Shown here: piece after piece, positions 46,002 to 54,078 of the stretch
How the letters are laid out: every line of letters begins with the position of its first letter
Position numbering within the stretch: the first letter of the stretch is position 1
Assembly (NCBI GenBank): GCA_964592125.1
Contig: CAZQBV010000003.1
Span: 1,605 to 65,604 of the forward strand
Origin: an uncultured Christensenella sp.
GTDB taxonomy: Bacteria; Bacillota; Clostridia; Christensenellales; Christensenellaceae
DNA: 64,000 nt
Direction of reading: 5' to 3'
The notes under the pieces: model-generated
Told to the model about the DNA's origin: nothing
What the model saw: the letters and a program-made list of their open reading frames with translations, nothing else
The model's database searches: none
Translations under genes and position numbers: made by a program

Positions 46002-47297
46002 ATGATGAGATCACTGTTCTCTGGTGTAACAGGTCTAAGATCACACCAGACGAAAATGGACGTAGTAGGTAATAATATTGCCAACGTAAATACGTTGGGA
46101 TATAAAAAGAGCGTAACAAACTTTGCAGATTTGTATAGTCAAACGATGTCTATCGCTTCCGGCCCTACAGGCGAAATTGGTGGAACCAATGCAAGGCAAA
46201 TTGGGTTGGGCACAAAGGTGAATTCTATCGTAATCAAACACAGCCCGGGTGCTGCGCAATACACTGGAAATACACTGGATGTAGCAATTGAAGGCGATGG
46301 ATTTTTCATTCTAAGGACAAATGAAGGCGAACGTTATTCGCGTGCTGGTGATTTGGCGGTGGATGGAGCGGGCTCTTTGGTGAACCAGAGTGGCTTCAAG
46401 GTGCAAGCCTATAATAGTGTATATCAACAAGGTACAATAGGCAAAGCGAAACCGACGGGCTTGACAACGGGAATTGGCACAATAAAATTTGACCCAGCCG
46501 GATCTACGAATGTAGGTTTTGTTTCGGATCCGGCAATGGTAAATGTACCTTCTGGCACGTATACTTTTTCTTTCGGACAAGCAACTGCCCCGAATATGCC
46601 TGCTGTGCAGATTTATAGAAATGGCGTTGATGTGACAGATATTATGGGGCCTGTTACGATTACGAAAGGTGGTACCGCTGTAACAACCACTGCTCAGCTT
46701 GTGAATGCTACAGCCAATGTTCAAGATGATCTTGAAATTAGTATACCAGCATTTGGTAAAATAAAATTTGGTATTGCCCCAAACTCTACAGATGGTGCAA
46801 AAGTATTATCTGATTTGGAAGATGTGATAGACAATGCGTTCATTACTGTATCCAACAATGATGGATTTGTATCTGGAACACAGCGAGGTAATATGGAGAT
46901 AGACCAAGAGCTGTACACAAACTTCGCTGTGAATGAACGTGGTCAATTGATTGCACAGTTGAAAGAAGATGTAACCATTAATGGTGTGAGATTTGCAAAA
47001 AATGAACAAATTGTATTGGGCTTTTTAGCATTGGCCACATTTACGAATAACGAAGGTTTGGAAAAAGTAGGTACAAATATGTACAGATCTTCGGCAAACT
47101 CGGGCTTGGCACAGTACGGCAGACCGGGAGAGCCGGGCTTTGGTGGTTTGACACCATCCTCTCTGGAAATGTCCAATGTAGACCTTTCGGAAGAAATGGT
47201 GAATATGATTACCACACAAAGGGGATTCCAAGCGAATTCCAGAATTATTACTACATCAGATTCTATGCTGGAAGAATTGGTAAATCTGAAACGATAA
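46002..47297 (+). CDS. flgE: flagellar hook protein FlgE
   Basis: N-terminal MMRSLFSGVTGLRSHQTKMDVVGNNIANVNTLGYK. C-terminal LEMSNVDLSEEMVNMITTQRGFQANSRIITTSD. Confidence 0.95.
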   Translation: MMRSLFSGVTGLRSHQTKMDVVGNNIANVNTLGYKKSVTNFADLYSQTMSIASGPTGEIGGTNARQIGLGTKVNSIVIKHSPGAAQYTGNTLDVAIEGDGFFILRTNEGERYSRAGDLAVDGAGSLVNQSGFKVQAYNSVYQQGTIGKAKPTGLTTGIGTIKFDPAGSTNVGFVSDPAMVNVPSGTYTFSFGQATAPNMPAVQIYRNGVDVTDIMGPVTITKGGTAVTTTAQLVNATANVQDDLEISIPAFGKIKFGIAPNSTDGAKVLSDLEDVIDNAFITVSNNDGFVSGTQRGNMEIDQELYTNFAVNERGQLIAQLKEDVTINGVRFAKNEQIVLGFLALATFTNNEGLEKVGTNMYRSSANSGLAQYGRPGEPGFGGLTPSSLEMSNVDLSEEMVNMITTQRGFQANSRIITTSDSMLEELVNLKR

Positions 47298-47318
47298 TGA
47301 ACGAAATAGGAGCATTCA

Positions 47319-47609
47319 ATGATCGAAGTTTCTAAATTAAATGGTGAGAAATATTATGTGAATGCGGAGACAATAGATTTTATTGAAGAGACTCCAGATA
47401 CTGTGTTGACTCTGGCATCGGGAAAAAAACTTCTGGTGCTGGAGCCACCAAGTATCATAATAAAAAGGATTGTAGCCTACAAGCAGCTTATATATTTAAA
47501 TCTTCCCACCACGCTTTCAGATACGCTGGAGCAGGTTTCGGGTCTTGTTGAAGAAACAAGGGAGGCTAGACAAAATAATTTAGAAGGCAGACGCCTTCTG
47601 GAGGGGTGA
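47319..47609 (+). CDS. flbD: flagellar protein FlbD (SwrD-like)
   Basis: MIEVSKLNGEKYYVNAETIDFIEETPDTVLTLASGKKLLV. Lies upstream of motA. Confidence 0.85.
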   Translation: MIEVSKLNGEKYYVNAETIDFIEETPDTVLTLASGKKLLVLEPPSIIIKRIVAYKQLIYLNLPTTLSDTLEQVSGLVEETREARQNNLEGRRLLEG

Positions 47610-47615
47610 TATAAC

Positions 47616-48416
47616 TTGAATATTGCACTTATACTGGGTTGGGGAATTGCAATAGGTTGTACAATTGCATCTATTATGATGACGGGAGCGATTGGGGATT
47701 ACATTGATCCTGGCTCTATTTTCATTGTGGTAGGTGGTACCATTGGTGCTTGGTTTGCGGCTATGCCTATGAATGATATCAAGAATATATTTACATTGGT
47801 AAAAGTGGCAATGCAAAATACAGAGCTGGATCTAAACCAACAAATAGAAGATATTGTGGAAATGGCAAACATTGCGAGAAAAAATGGACTTTTGGCATTG
47901 GAAGACAAGGTGAACAGCATGGAGGATCCGTTTATGAAAAATGGTGTTATGCTGATTCTAGATGGTACAGACCCAGAGTTGGTGAAGAATGTGATGGAGA
48001 CAGAGGTTTACTTTATAGATGAACGGCATTCCAGAAATGCGGCTTTGTTTGATAAGGGCTCTGCTTTGGCACCTGCTTTTGGTATGATAGGTACTTTGAT
48101 TGGTCTTATTAACATGCTTCAAAAGCTGGATGACCCAAGCAACCTGGGGCCATCTATGGCCGTTGCGTTGATTACAACATTTTATGGTGTTATTATAGCT
48201 AATATAATGTTTAATCCTATATCCTCGCATTTAAAAGCGAAGAGTGCGGATGAACAAATACAGAAGAATATTATTATAGAAGGAATTTTGTCTATTCAAG
48301 ATGGTGAAAATCCACGTGTGATAAGGGACAAACTGAAAGCATTTATCTCTAAAACTGCTGCAGCATCGGCAGGTGAAGAGGGAGCTGCGCCCTCTGAAGG
48401 GAGCGGCGGAGTATGA
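47616..48416 (+). CDS. motA: flagellar stator protein MotA
   Basis: 266-aa, four-TM MotA/TolQ/ExbB-type protein with APAFGMIGTLIGLI. TTG start. Confidence 0.9.
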   Translation: MNIALILGWGIAIGCTIASIMMTGAIGDYIDPGSIFIVVGGTIGAWFAAMPMNDIKNIFTLVKVAMQNTELDLNQQIEDIVEMANIARKNGLLALEDKVNSMEDPFMKNGVMLILDGTDPELVKNVMETEVYFIDERHSRNAALFDKGSALAPAFGMIGTLIGLINMLQKLDDPSNLGPSMAVALITTFYGVIIANIMFNPISSHLKAKSADEQIQKNIIIEGILSIQDGENPRVIRDKLKAFISKTAAASAGEEGAAPSEGSGGV

Positions 48417-49324
48417 GGCAAAAGAAACAGCGCGATGAAGGTGGTGGCGCAAGCTGGATGGATACATATGGAGATCTTGTAACCTTACTGCTGTGTTTCT
48501 TTGTTATGCTGTTTGCGTCCTCTACTGTAAATGAAGAAAAATGGGTTGCGTTGATAAACTCCTTTAAAAGTTATCCTACGGGTTCGGTAATAGAAACGAT
48601 AGATGTAAACGCTCCTACGCCCGGTTTTTCGGAATCAGACCAGATGCTGGATACCAATATGGCACCAAGCAGCCAAGAAGAAGCGGACTTGCAACAACAG
48701 CTGGCACAATTGCAAGAGGCCAACAAATCTGATGCACAAAGGGCAATAGAGCAGGAGTTTAATCAGCTGTATGAGCAAATATCCGAATATATTGGGGAAA
48801 CGGGACTGGAATCTCAATTGCTTTTAAACAAAAGTGGAAGAGAGATATACTTGACCATTGTGGATGGGGTACTATTTGATTCGGGAAGTGCCACAATACG
48901 AGAAGATGCGAAACCTATGTTGACTGAGATTGGCACTATGGTAAATACGTATTTGAATAGCATACAGCAAATAACGGTGGAAGGGCATACAGATAATGTA
49001 CCCATAAGCAATTCGATGTTCAATGATAACTTGGATTTGTCATCCATGCGCGCAAACAATGTGGCTAGGTTTGTTTCCACAAATAGTGGCATTGGTAAGC
49101 ATATGTTTATTAGCTTGGGTCGTTCTGAATTTGACCCGCTTGTACCCAACGACTCGCCCGAAAACAAACAGAAAAATCGAAGAGTACAGATGATTTTATT
49201 GGCAAAGAATGTGGATGCATTGACACAAGGGGTTTCAAGCTATGGTGGGGCAGATGCCACTGTGGGGGAAGAAGAAACCAACGTAGTAATGAATACAGAA
49301 AACAGCGATGCTGTGCAGCCGTAA
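48413..49324 (+). CDS. motB: flagellar stator protein MotB (OmpA-like C-terminal domain)
   Basis: WMDTYGDLVTLLLCFFV with the conserved Asp. C-terminal VEGHTDNVPI...SSMRANNVARFV. 4-nt overlap with motA. Confidence 0.9.
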   Translation: MRQKKQRDEGGGASWMDTYGDLVTLLLCFFVMLFASSTVNEEKWVALINSFKSYPTGSVIETIDVNAPTPGFSESDQMLDTNMAPSSQEEADLQQQLAQLQEANKSDAQRAIEQEFNQLYEQISEYIGETGLESQLLLNKSGREIYLTIVDGVLFDSGSATIREDAKPMLTEIGTMVNTYLNSIQQITVEGHTDNVPISNSMFNDNLDLSSMRANNVARFVSTNSGIGKHMFISLGRSEFDPLVPNDSPENKQKNRRVQMILLAKNVDALTQGVSSYGGADATVGEEETNVVMNTENSDAVQP

Positions 49325-49353
49325 GAAATAAATATAAACGAAGAAGGAACTGA

Positions 49354-49839
49354 GTGATGAATAAGAGAAAAACAGCAGTGATATTGGTGATTATAATGAT
49401 TCTGGCCTTGGGACTTTCAGCATGTAGCCTATTTGGTGGTGGCGACAAAGCAGAAGGTGAATTGCCGGAGCTTAAGAAGCGGTTTTATTTTACACCAGGT
49501 GAGCCTTTTGTTGTAAATTTGAAGCAAGAACCTGTGGCTGAACAGACAGCGGCTGATGCAACAACAGCGACTACCAACACAAGCAAAAAAGCACCGCCGT
49601 TGGCTAAGGTATCGGTTTCGTTGGTTACTTTGGAAAAAGATATGACAGCAGTGCTGGAGCAAAACCAGCCTGCAATACGAAATATTTGTATAGAGATCAT
49701 TCGTAACATGACTGAAAAAGAGGCACGGGCGGATGATGCGATTGAAGTATTGGAAGCGGAAATGACGAAACAATTGACTGAATTTTTGAATATGCCAGAA
49801 TTTCATGCGGTGTATATCAGTGATTTTGTAATTCAATAA
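49354..49839 (+). CDS. fliL: flagellar basal body-associated protein FliL
   Basis: Single N-terminal TM helix. C-terminal IRNICIEIIRNMTEKE...VYISDFVIQ is typical of FliL. Confidence 0.8.
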   Translation: MMNKRKTAVILVIIMILALGLSACSLFGGGDKAEGELPELKKRFYFTPGEPFVVNLKQEPVAEQTAADATTATTNTSKKAPPLAKVSVSLVTLEKDMTAVLEQNQPAIRNICIEIIRNMTEKEARADDAIEVLEAEMTKQLTEFLNMPEFHAVYISDFVIQ

Positions 49840-49989
49840 AATTCACGATTCCGTAGTAAGTGGCGGGTAGTTTGGATGCGGACAGAAAAATATATTTGTC
49901 AATGTTCCGTTTTTAAGGAAAACATTCAAGTAGCGGGGCATTGGCTATAATGTGAAATAAAAGGGCGTGTTAAATAAAGTAATGTGGTG

Positions 49990-50018
49990 TTGTGTAATTT
50001 TCCGTAAGTTGTTATAAT
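49990..50018 (+). promoter_or_regulatory. candidate sigma-A promoter in the fliL-fliM gap
   Basis: TTGTGT-N17-TATAAT. Confidence 0.3.
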
Positions 50019-50104
50019 AATACTATTATTCAAAAAGTCTGTAACGGAATATTGTAAAATGATCCCACAGGCTTTTTAAGATATTACGCCAGGAGGAAGC
50101 CAAT

Positions 50105-51100
50105 TTGGCTAATGTATTATCTCAAAATGAAATAGACGATTTATTAAATGCGTTAAACTCGGGCGAAGATGTTGCACAAACAGAAGTGTCGACAGATGCT
50201 AATGCAGGTGTTCGTATTTATGACTTTAGAACTGCAAACAAGTTCTATAAAGAACAAATGCGTACGTTGAATATAGTATTTGATAACTTTGCATTCTTAC
50301 TTGCCAATAGATTGACAGGTATGTTGCACACTGTTTGTGACATTGAAGTTATTTCTGTAGAAGAAACTAGTTTTGGTGAATTCAACAACTCATTGCCTTC
50401 GCCAGTGGTGTTGGGTATTATAGAAATGGAGCCACTGACAGGTTCTCTGATATTGGAAATGTCTTCGGCACTGGTATATGGATTGATTAGCAGGCTTTTT
50501 GGTGGCATTGCAGATTATACGCAAAGTGATAAAAGCTTTACTGAAATTGAGACATCAATTATAGAGAATATACTTTACCAAATTATGGGTATACTAAAAG
50601 ATTCTTGGGAAAAAATAACAGATGTAAATCCAGTTTTGGCAAGAGTGGAATATAGTTCTCAGTTTTCCCAAATTGTAGAAACGAACGAACCTGCGGCCAT
50701 TGTCACTTTAAGTGTATCTTTGGATGAAATACAGGGATTGGTTTCTATCTGTATTCCTCATTTGGCAATACAGCCAATATCTAAACAGCTAAATACTGTG
50801 AATTGGACACTTTCTAACCAAAAAGTGCACCATAGGGACAGCAAAGAGGAGGAGATACGCGAACAGTTAATGAACACATATGTATCTCTTCGGGCTATTT
50901 TTAACGAAACAAAAACGTCACTGCGTGAAATTATGAATATGCAGGTGGGCGATGTGATATGTCTGGATCATGGAATTAGGGAATATATCAATGTAAATGT
51001 GGAAGACATTCCAAAGTTTAAGGGAGTAGTTGGCACGGATAATCATAAATACGCTGTTCAAATAGCGAAGATTATTAAGGAGAATGAAAACATTGAGTAA
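50105..51100 (+). CDS. fliM: flagellar motor switch protein FliM
   Basis: N-terminal LSQNEIDDLL CheY-P binding motif. TTG start 9 nt after AGGAGG. Confidence 0.93.
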   Translation: MANVLSQNEIDDLLNALNSGEDVAQTEVSTDANAGVRIYDFRTANKFYKEQMRTLNIVFDNFAFLLANRLTGMLHTVCDIEVISVEETSFGEFNNSLPSPVVLGIIEMEPLTGSLILEMSSALVYGLISRLFGGIADYTQSDKSFTEIETSIIENILYQIMGILKDSWEKITDVNPVLARVEYSSQFSQIVETNEPAAIVTLSVSLDEIQGLVSICIPHLAIQPISKQLNTVNWTLSNQKVHHRDSKEEEIREQLMNTYVSLRAIFNETKTSLREIMNMQVGDVICLDHGIREYINVNVEDIPKFKGVVGTDNHKYAVQIAKIIKENENIE

Positions 51101-52475
51101 TGAGGTTATGAGTCCTGAAGAAATAGAAAGAATGTTGAGCGGTGCAGGCGAGATTGAAGATACAGGAAGTGCCGATGCTGGGGCAGAGCAAGCCCAGGAG
51201 GAAGCACCGCCTATGGAGGAGCCACAGGCAGAAATGCAGCCCGCTGTTGTTGTCGAAGAGCCGCCTGCACATGGTGAAGGCAAGGCAGAGGTTCAACCGT
51301 TGGACGTATCGGATTTTCTTTCCAAAGACGAGCAGGATGTGCTGGGCGAGGTAGGGAATATCTGTATGGGTACTTCTGCTACAACTATGTCTACCCTGCT
51401 TGATAGAAGGGTAATTATTACTACGCCTAAAATATCCATTCATACCTTGGAAACTTTGAGTGATGAATATCCGGCACCTTTGGTGGTGGCTGAAGTAAGC
51501 TATACAAAGGGGTTGTTTGGCGATAACCTCCTGATATTAAGAGAGTATGATGTTGCACTGATAACCAACACTTTGCTTGGGGAAACGGAAGAAATTGACC
51601 CGGATAATATTGATCTGAATGAAATACATATGAGTGCCATGAATGAGGTTATGAACCAGATGGTAGGTTCATCGGCAACCTCTATGGCTGATATATTTGG
51701 AAAAACAATTGATATTTCTACACCTACTTCAAAAAGATTAAAAATGGATGAGGGTAATATATCTGATGTGTTTTCCAAGCGAAATGAACCCTTTGTAAAA
51801 ATATCTTTCGCAATGGAAATTGAAAATTTGCTTACAAGCGAAATTATGCAAATCATTCCCATTGAAATGGCACATCAGATGGCAAGGGAAGTACTGGGAG
51901 ACCAACCGCTTGAAGCAATGGCAACACCTGCGCCTCAACCGGTGGAGGCAGCTTCGCAACCAGTAGCTGCGACACAGCCAATGGCTGCTGCACCACCGCA
52001 ACAAGCGCCAATACAGGAGCAACCTATGGATCAACAAATGCCTCAGGAGCAGTTCCAACAACAGCCGCCAGCATATCAACAACAGCCGGCATACCAACAG
52101 CCGCCGATGTATCAGCAACAGCCGATGTATCAGCCGCCGCCACAGCAGCCAATGTATCAAAATGTGCAGCAACCGTCCTTTCCCAGCTTTTCTACGGGCG
52201 AGCCGGGAAGCATGTCATCTGCAGAAAATATTGAGATGATCTTGGATGTTCCCATGCGTGTTACTGTGGAGCTGGGTAAGGCGAGGCAGAAGATAAAGAA
52301 CATATTGGATTACAATATGGGGTCTGTAATTGTGCTGGATAAAATTGCTGGCGAAGCAGTGGATATTCTGGTGAATGGGAAGAGGATAGGTAGAGGTGAA
52401 GTAGTAGTTATTGATGATAACTATGGCGTGAGAATTACCGAAATAAATTCTTTTTCCGCACAGGAATTACTGTAA
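51084..52475 (+). CDS. fliY: flagellar motor switch protein FliY (CheC-like domain plus FliN domain) with a Gln/Pro-rich linker
   Basis: CheC-like segments are GEVGNICMGTSATTMSTLL and NEVMNQMVGSSATSMADIF. The FliN C-terminus is MRVTVELGKARQKIKNILDYNMGSVIVLDK...VVVIDDNYGVRITEI. Confidence 0.92.
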   Translation: MKTLSNEVMSPEEIERMLSGAGEIEDTGSADAGAEQAQEEAPPMEEPQAEMQPAVVVEEPPAHGEGKAEVQPLDVSDFLSKDEQDVLGEVGNICMGTSATTMSTLLDRRVIITTPKISIHTLETLSDEYPAPLVVAEVSYTKGLFGDNLLILREYDVALITNTLLGETEEIDPDNIDLNEIHMSAMNEVMNQMVGSSATSMADIFGKTIDISTPTSKRLKMDEGNISDVFSKRNEPFVKISFAMEIENLLTSEIMQIIPIEMAHQMAREVLGDQPLEAMATPAPQPVEAASQPVAATQPMAAAPPQQAPIQEQPMDQQMPQEQFQQQPPAYQQQPAYQQPPMYQQQPMYQPPPQQPMYQNVQQPSFPSFSTGEPGSMSSAENIEMILDVPMRVTVELGKARQKIKNILDYNMGSVIVLDKIAGEAVDILVNGKRIGRGEVVVIDDNYGVRITEINSFSAQELL

Positions 52476-52495
52476 TATGTTTTTTACTTCCAGCG

Positions 52496-52529
52496 TAATG
52501 TTGGCTATATAAACATAGCTAACATTACC
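52496..52529 (+). other. strong 14-bp hairpin between fliY and cheB
   Basis: GTAATGTTGGCTAT-ATAAAC-ATAGCTAACATTAC with one G-U pair. No flanking T-run on either strand. Confidence 0.7.
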
Positions 52530-52557
52530 TTACTAATATCGGAAAGGCAGAACCTTT

Positions 52558-53613
52558 ATGTTGGCCACTCCCAAAAGGATAAGAGTTCTTATTGTAGATG
52601 ATTCGGTTTTTTTTAGAACCATTTTAACCAACTTATTGCTAAAGTTTCCACAGATACAAGTAGTGGGGTTGGCGGCTGATGCTGATGAGGCGCAGGCAAA
52701 AGTGGTAGAGCTAAAGCCTGATGTGATTACTTTAGATATCAATATGCCCAAAATGAACGGGGTTGATTTTTTAAAGACGCAAATTCCACGTAAATGGATT
52801 CCTGTTGTTGTAATTAGCACTCGGAATGATATTGTTTTTGAGGCAATGGATGCGGGGGCTGTAGATTTTGTGGAAAAGCCAAGTATTACGCCTAGGCAAA
52901 GTTTGGATGGTTTTGCAAGCGAAATTGCAGATAAAATTACGGTGGCTGCCAATGCAACTCCTGCAAAAAGCAAAATACGCTCGGCTCCGATTGTTGTACC
53001 GCCAGAAAAGGGTGTAGCTTCTGCGCGCTTAGGAGGTGCGGCTACCAAAGGTCTTATTGCGTTGGGGGCATCAACGGGTGGTACAGAAGCAACAAGTTTT
53101 ATTTTAAAACAATTGCCAAGCGATATTCCGGGCATGGTAATTGTGCAGCACATGCCGCCGATTTTTACAAAGATGTATGCGGAACGGTTGAATAGGGAAA
53201 CCAAGCTAACTGTAAAAGAAGCTGAAGAGCGAGACGTTATTTTGGCGGGGCATGCGTATGTGGCTCCCGGAGATGCACATATTGAAGTAATTAAAGAAGG
53301 TACAGAGCTTTACATACACTGTAACAAAAAGGAAAAAGTGAACGGGCATCGCCCTTCTGTAGATGTGATGTTTGACTCTGTGGCAAAATTTGCCGATAAA
53401 AGCACAACCGCAATTATATTAACAGGAATGGGTCAGGATGGTGCAAAGGGAATGGTGCGCCTTCGCAAACGTGGCGCATTTACCATTGGGCAGGACGAAG
53501 CCTCCAGTGTGGTATATGGCATGCCTATGGTGGCATATCAACTAGGTGGTGTTGAAAAACAGGCACCTTTGGATATGATTGCTCAAGTGTTAATGGAACA
53601 TTTAAAAAGGTAG
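52558..53613 (+). CDS. cheB: chemotaxis methylesterase/deamidase CheB
   Basis: REC is VLIVDDS...DINMPKMNG. The esterase domain has GASTGG, QHMPP and GMGQDG. Confidence 0.93.
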   Translation: MLATPKRIRVLIVDDSVFFRTILTNLLLKFPQIQVVGLAADADEAQAKVVELKPDVITLDINMPKMNGVDFLKTQIPRKWIPVVVISTRNDIVFEAMDAGAVDFVEKPSITPRQSLDGFASEIADKITVAANATPAKSKIRSAPIVVPPEKGVASARLGGAATKGLIALGASTGGTEATSFILKQLPSDIPGMVIVQHMPPIFTKMYAERLNRETKLTVKEAEERDVILAGHAYVAPGDAHIEVIKEGTELYIHCNKKEKVNGHRPSVDVMFDSVAKFADKSTTAIILTGMGQDGAKGMVRLRKRGAFTIGQDEASSVVYGMPMVAYQLGGVEKQAPLDMIAQVLMEHLKR

Positions 53614-53895
53614 TTTATCTTTGAACGAGCTATCTTGCTGACTGATATAAATTAATATTTGCGCCACGGCTTCATAAAGTTTTGGTGGAATAATATCTCC
53701 AACGGATAGCTGCATAAGCACGTCGGAGAGTTTTTTATCTTCAACAATAGGCACGTCATGTTTTTGGGCGCTTTCAATAATTTTTTCGGCAACATGCCCC
53801 ATACCAAGTGCAGCAATGATAGGCGCATCGTCCTTATCGGGATCATAGCGCAAAGCCGCCGCTTTTGTTTTTTTGTCGGAATTTTTATTAGCCAT
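53602..53895 (-). CDS. stand-alone FlhB C-terminal subdomain-like protein (YlqH-like)
   Basis: 97 aa. It aligns by eye to the post-NPTH part of the FlhB encoded in this window (ALRYDPDKDDAP..., PIVEDKKL, GDIIPPKLYEAVAQIL versus ALKYDESKGDAP..., EIVEDREL, GDFIPVEMYQAVAEIL). It has no NPTH motif and no TM region. Confidence 0.75.
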   Translation of the reverse strand: MANKNSDKKTKAAALRYDPDKDDAPIIAALGMGHVAEKIIESAQKHDVPIVEDKKLSDVLMQLSVGDIIPPKLYEAVAQILIYISQQDSSFKDKLPF

Positions 53896-54078
53896 AGTAT
53901 GATTATACTAATTTCAGTTAGAAAAGCAATGAAAATACAATGATACAGTGCCTAAAATAATTTGTTCAAGCAATGAAAAGTAGAAAATAAGGCTTTTATC
54001 TAAACAAATCAGGCATATGTACGATATAAAATATATAGTTTGCCTTGGGAAGCAAGTGTTTTGAGATGGAGGATAGTA

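Noticed and set aside
52533-53204. 223-aa minus-strand ORF.
   Set aside because: It is antisense to cheB, which has unmistakable REC and methylesterase motifs.
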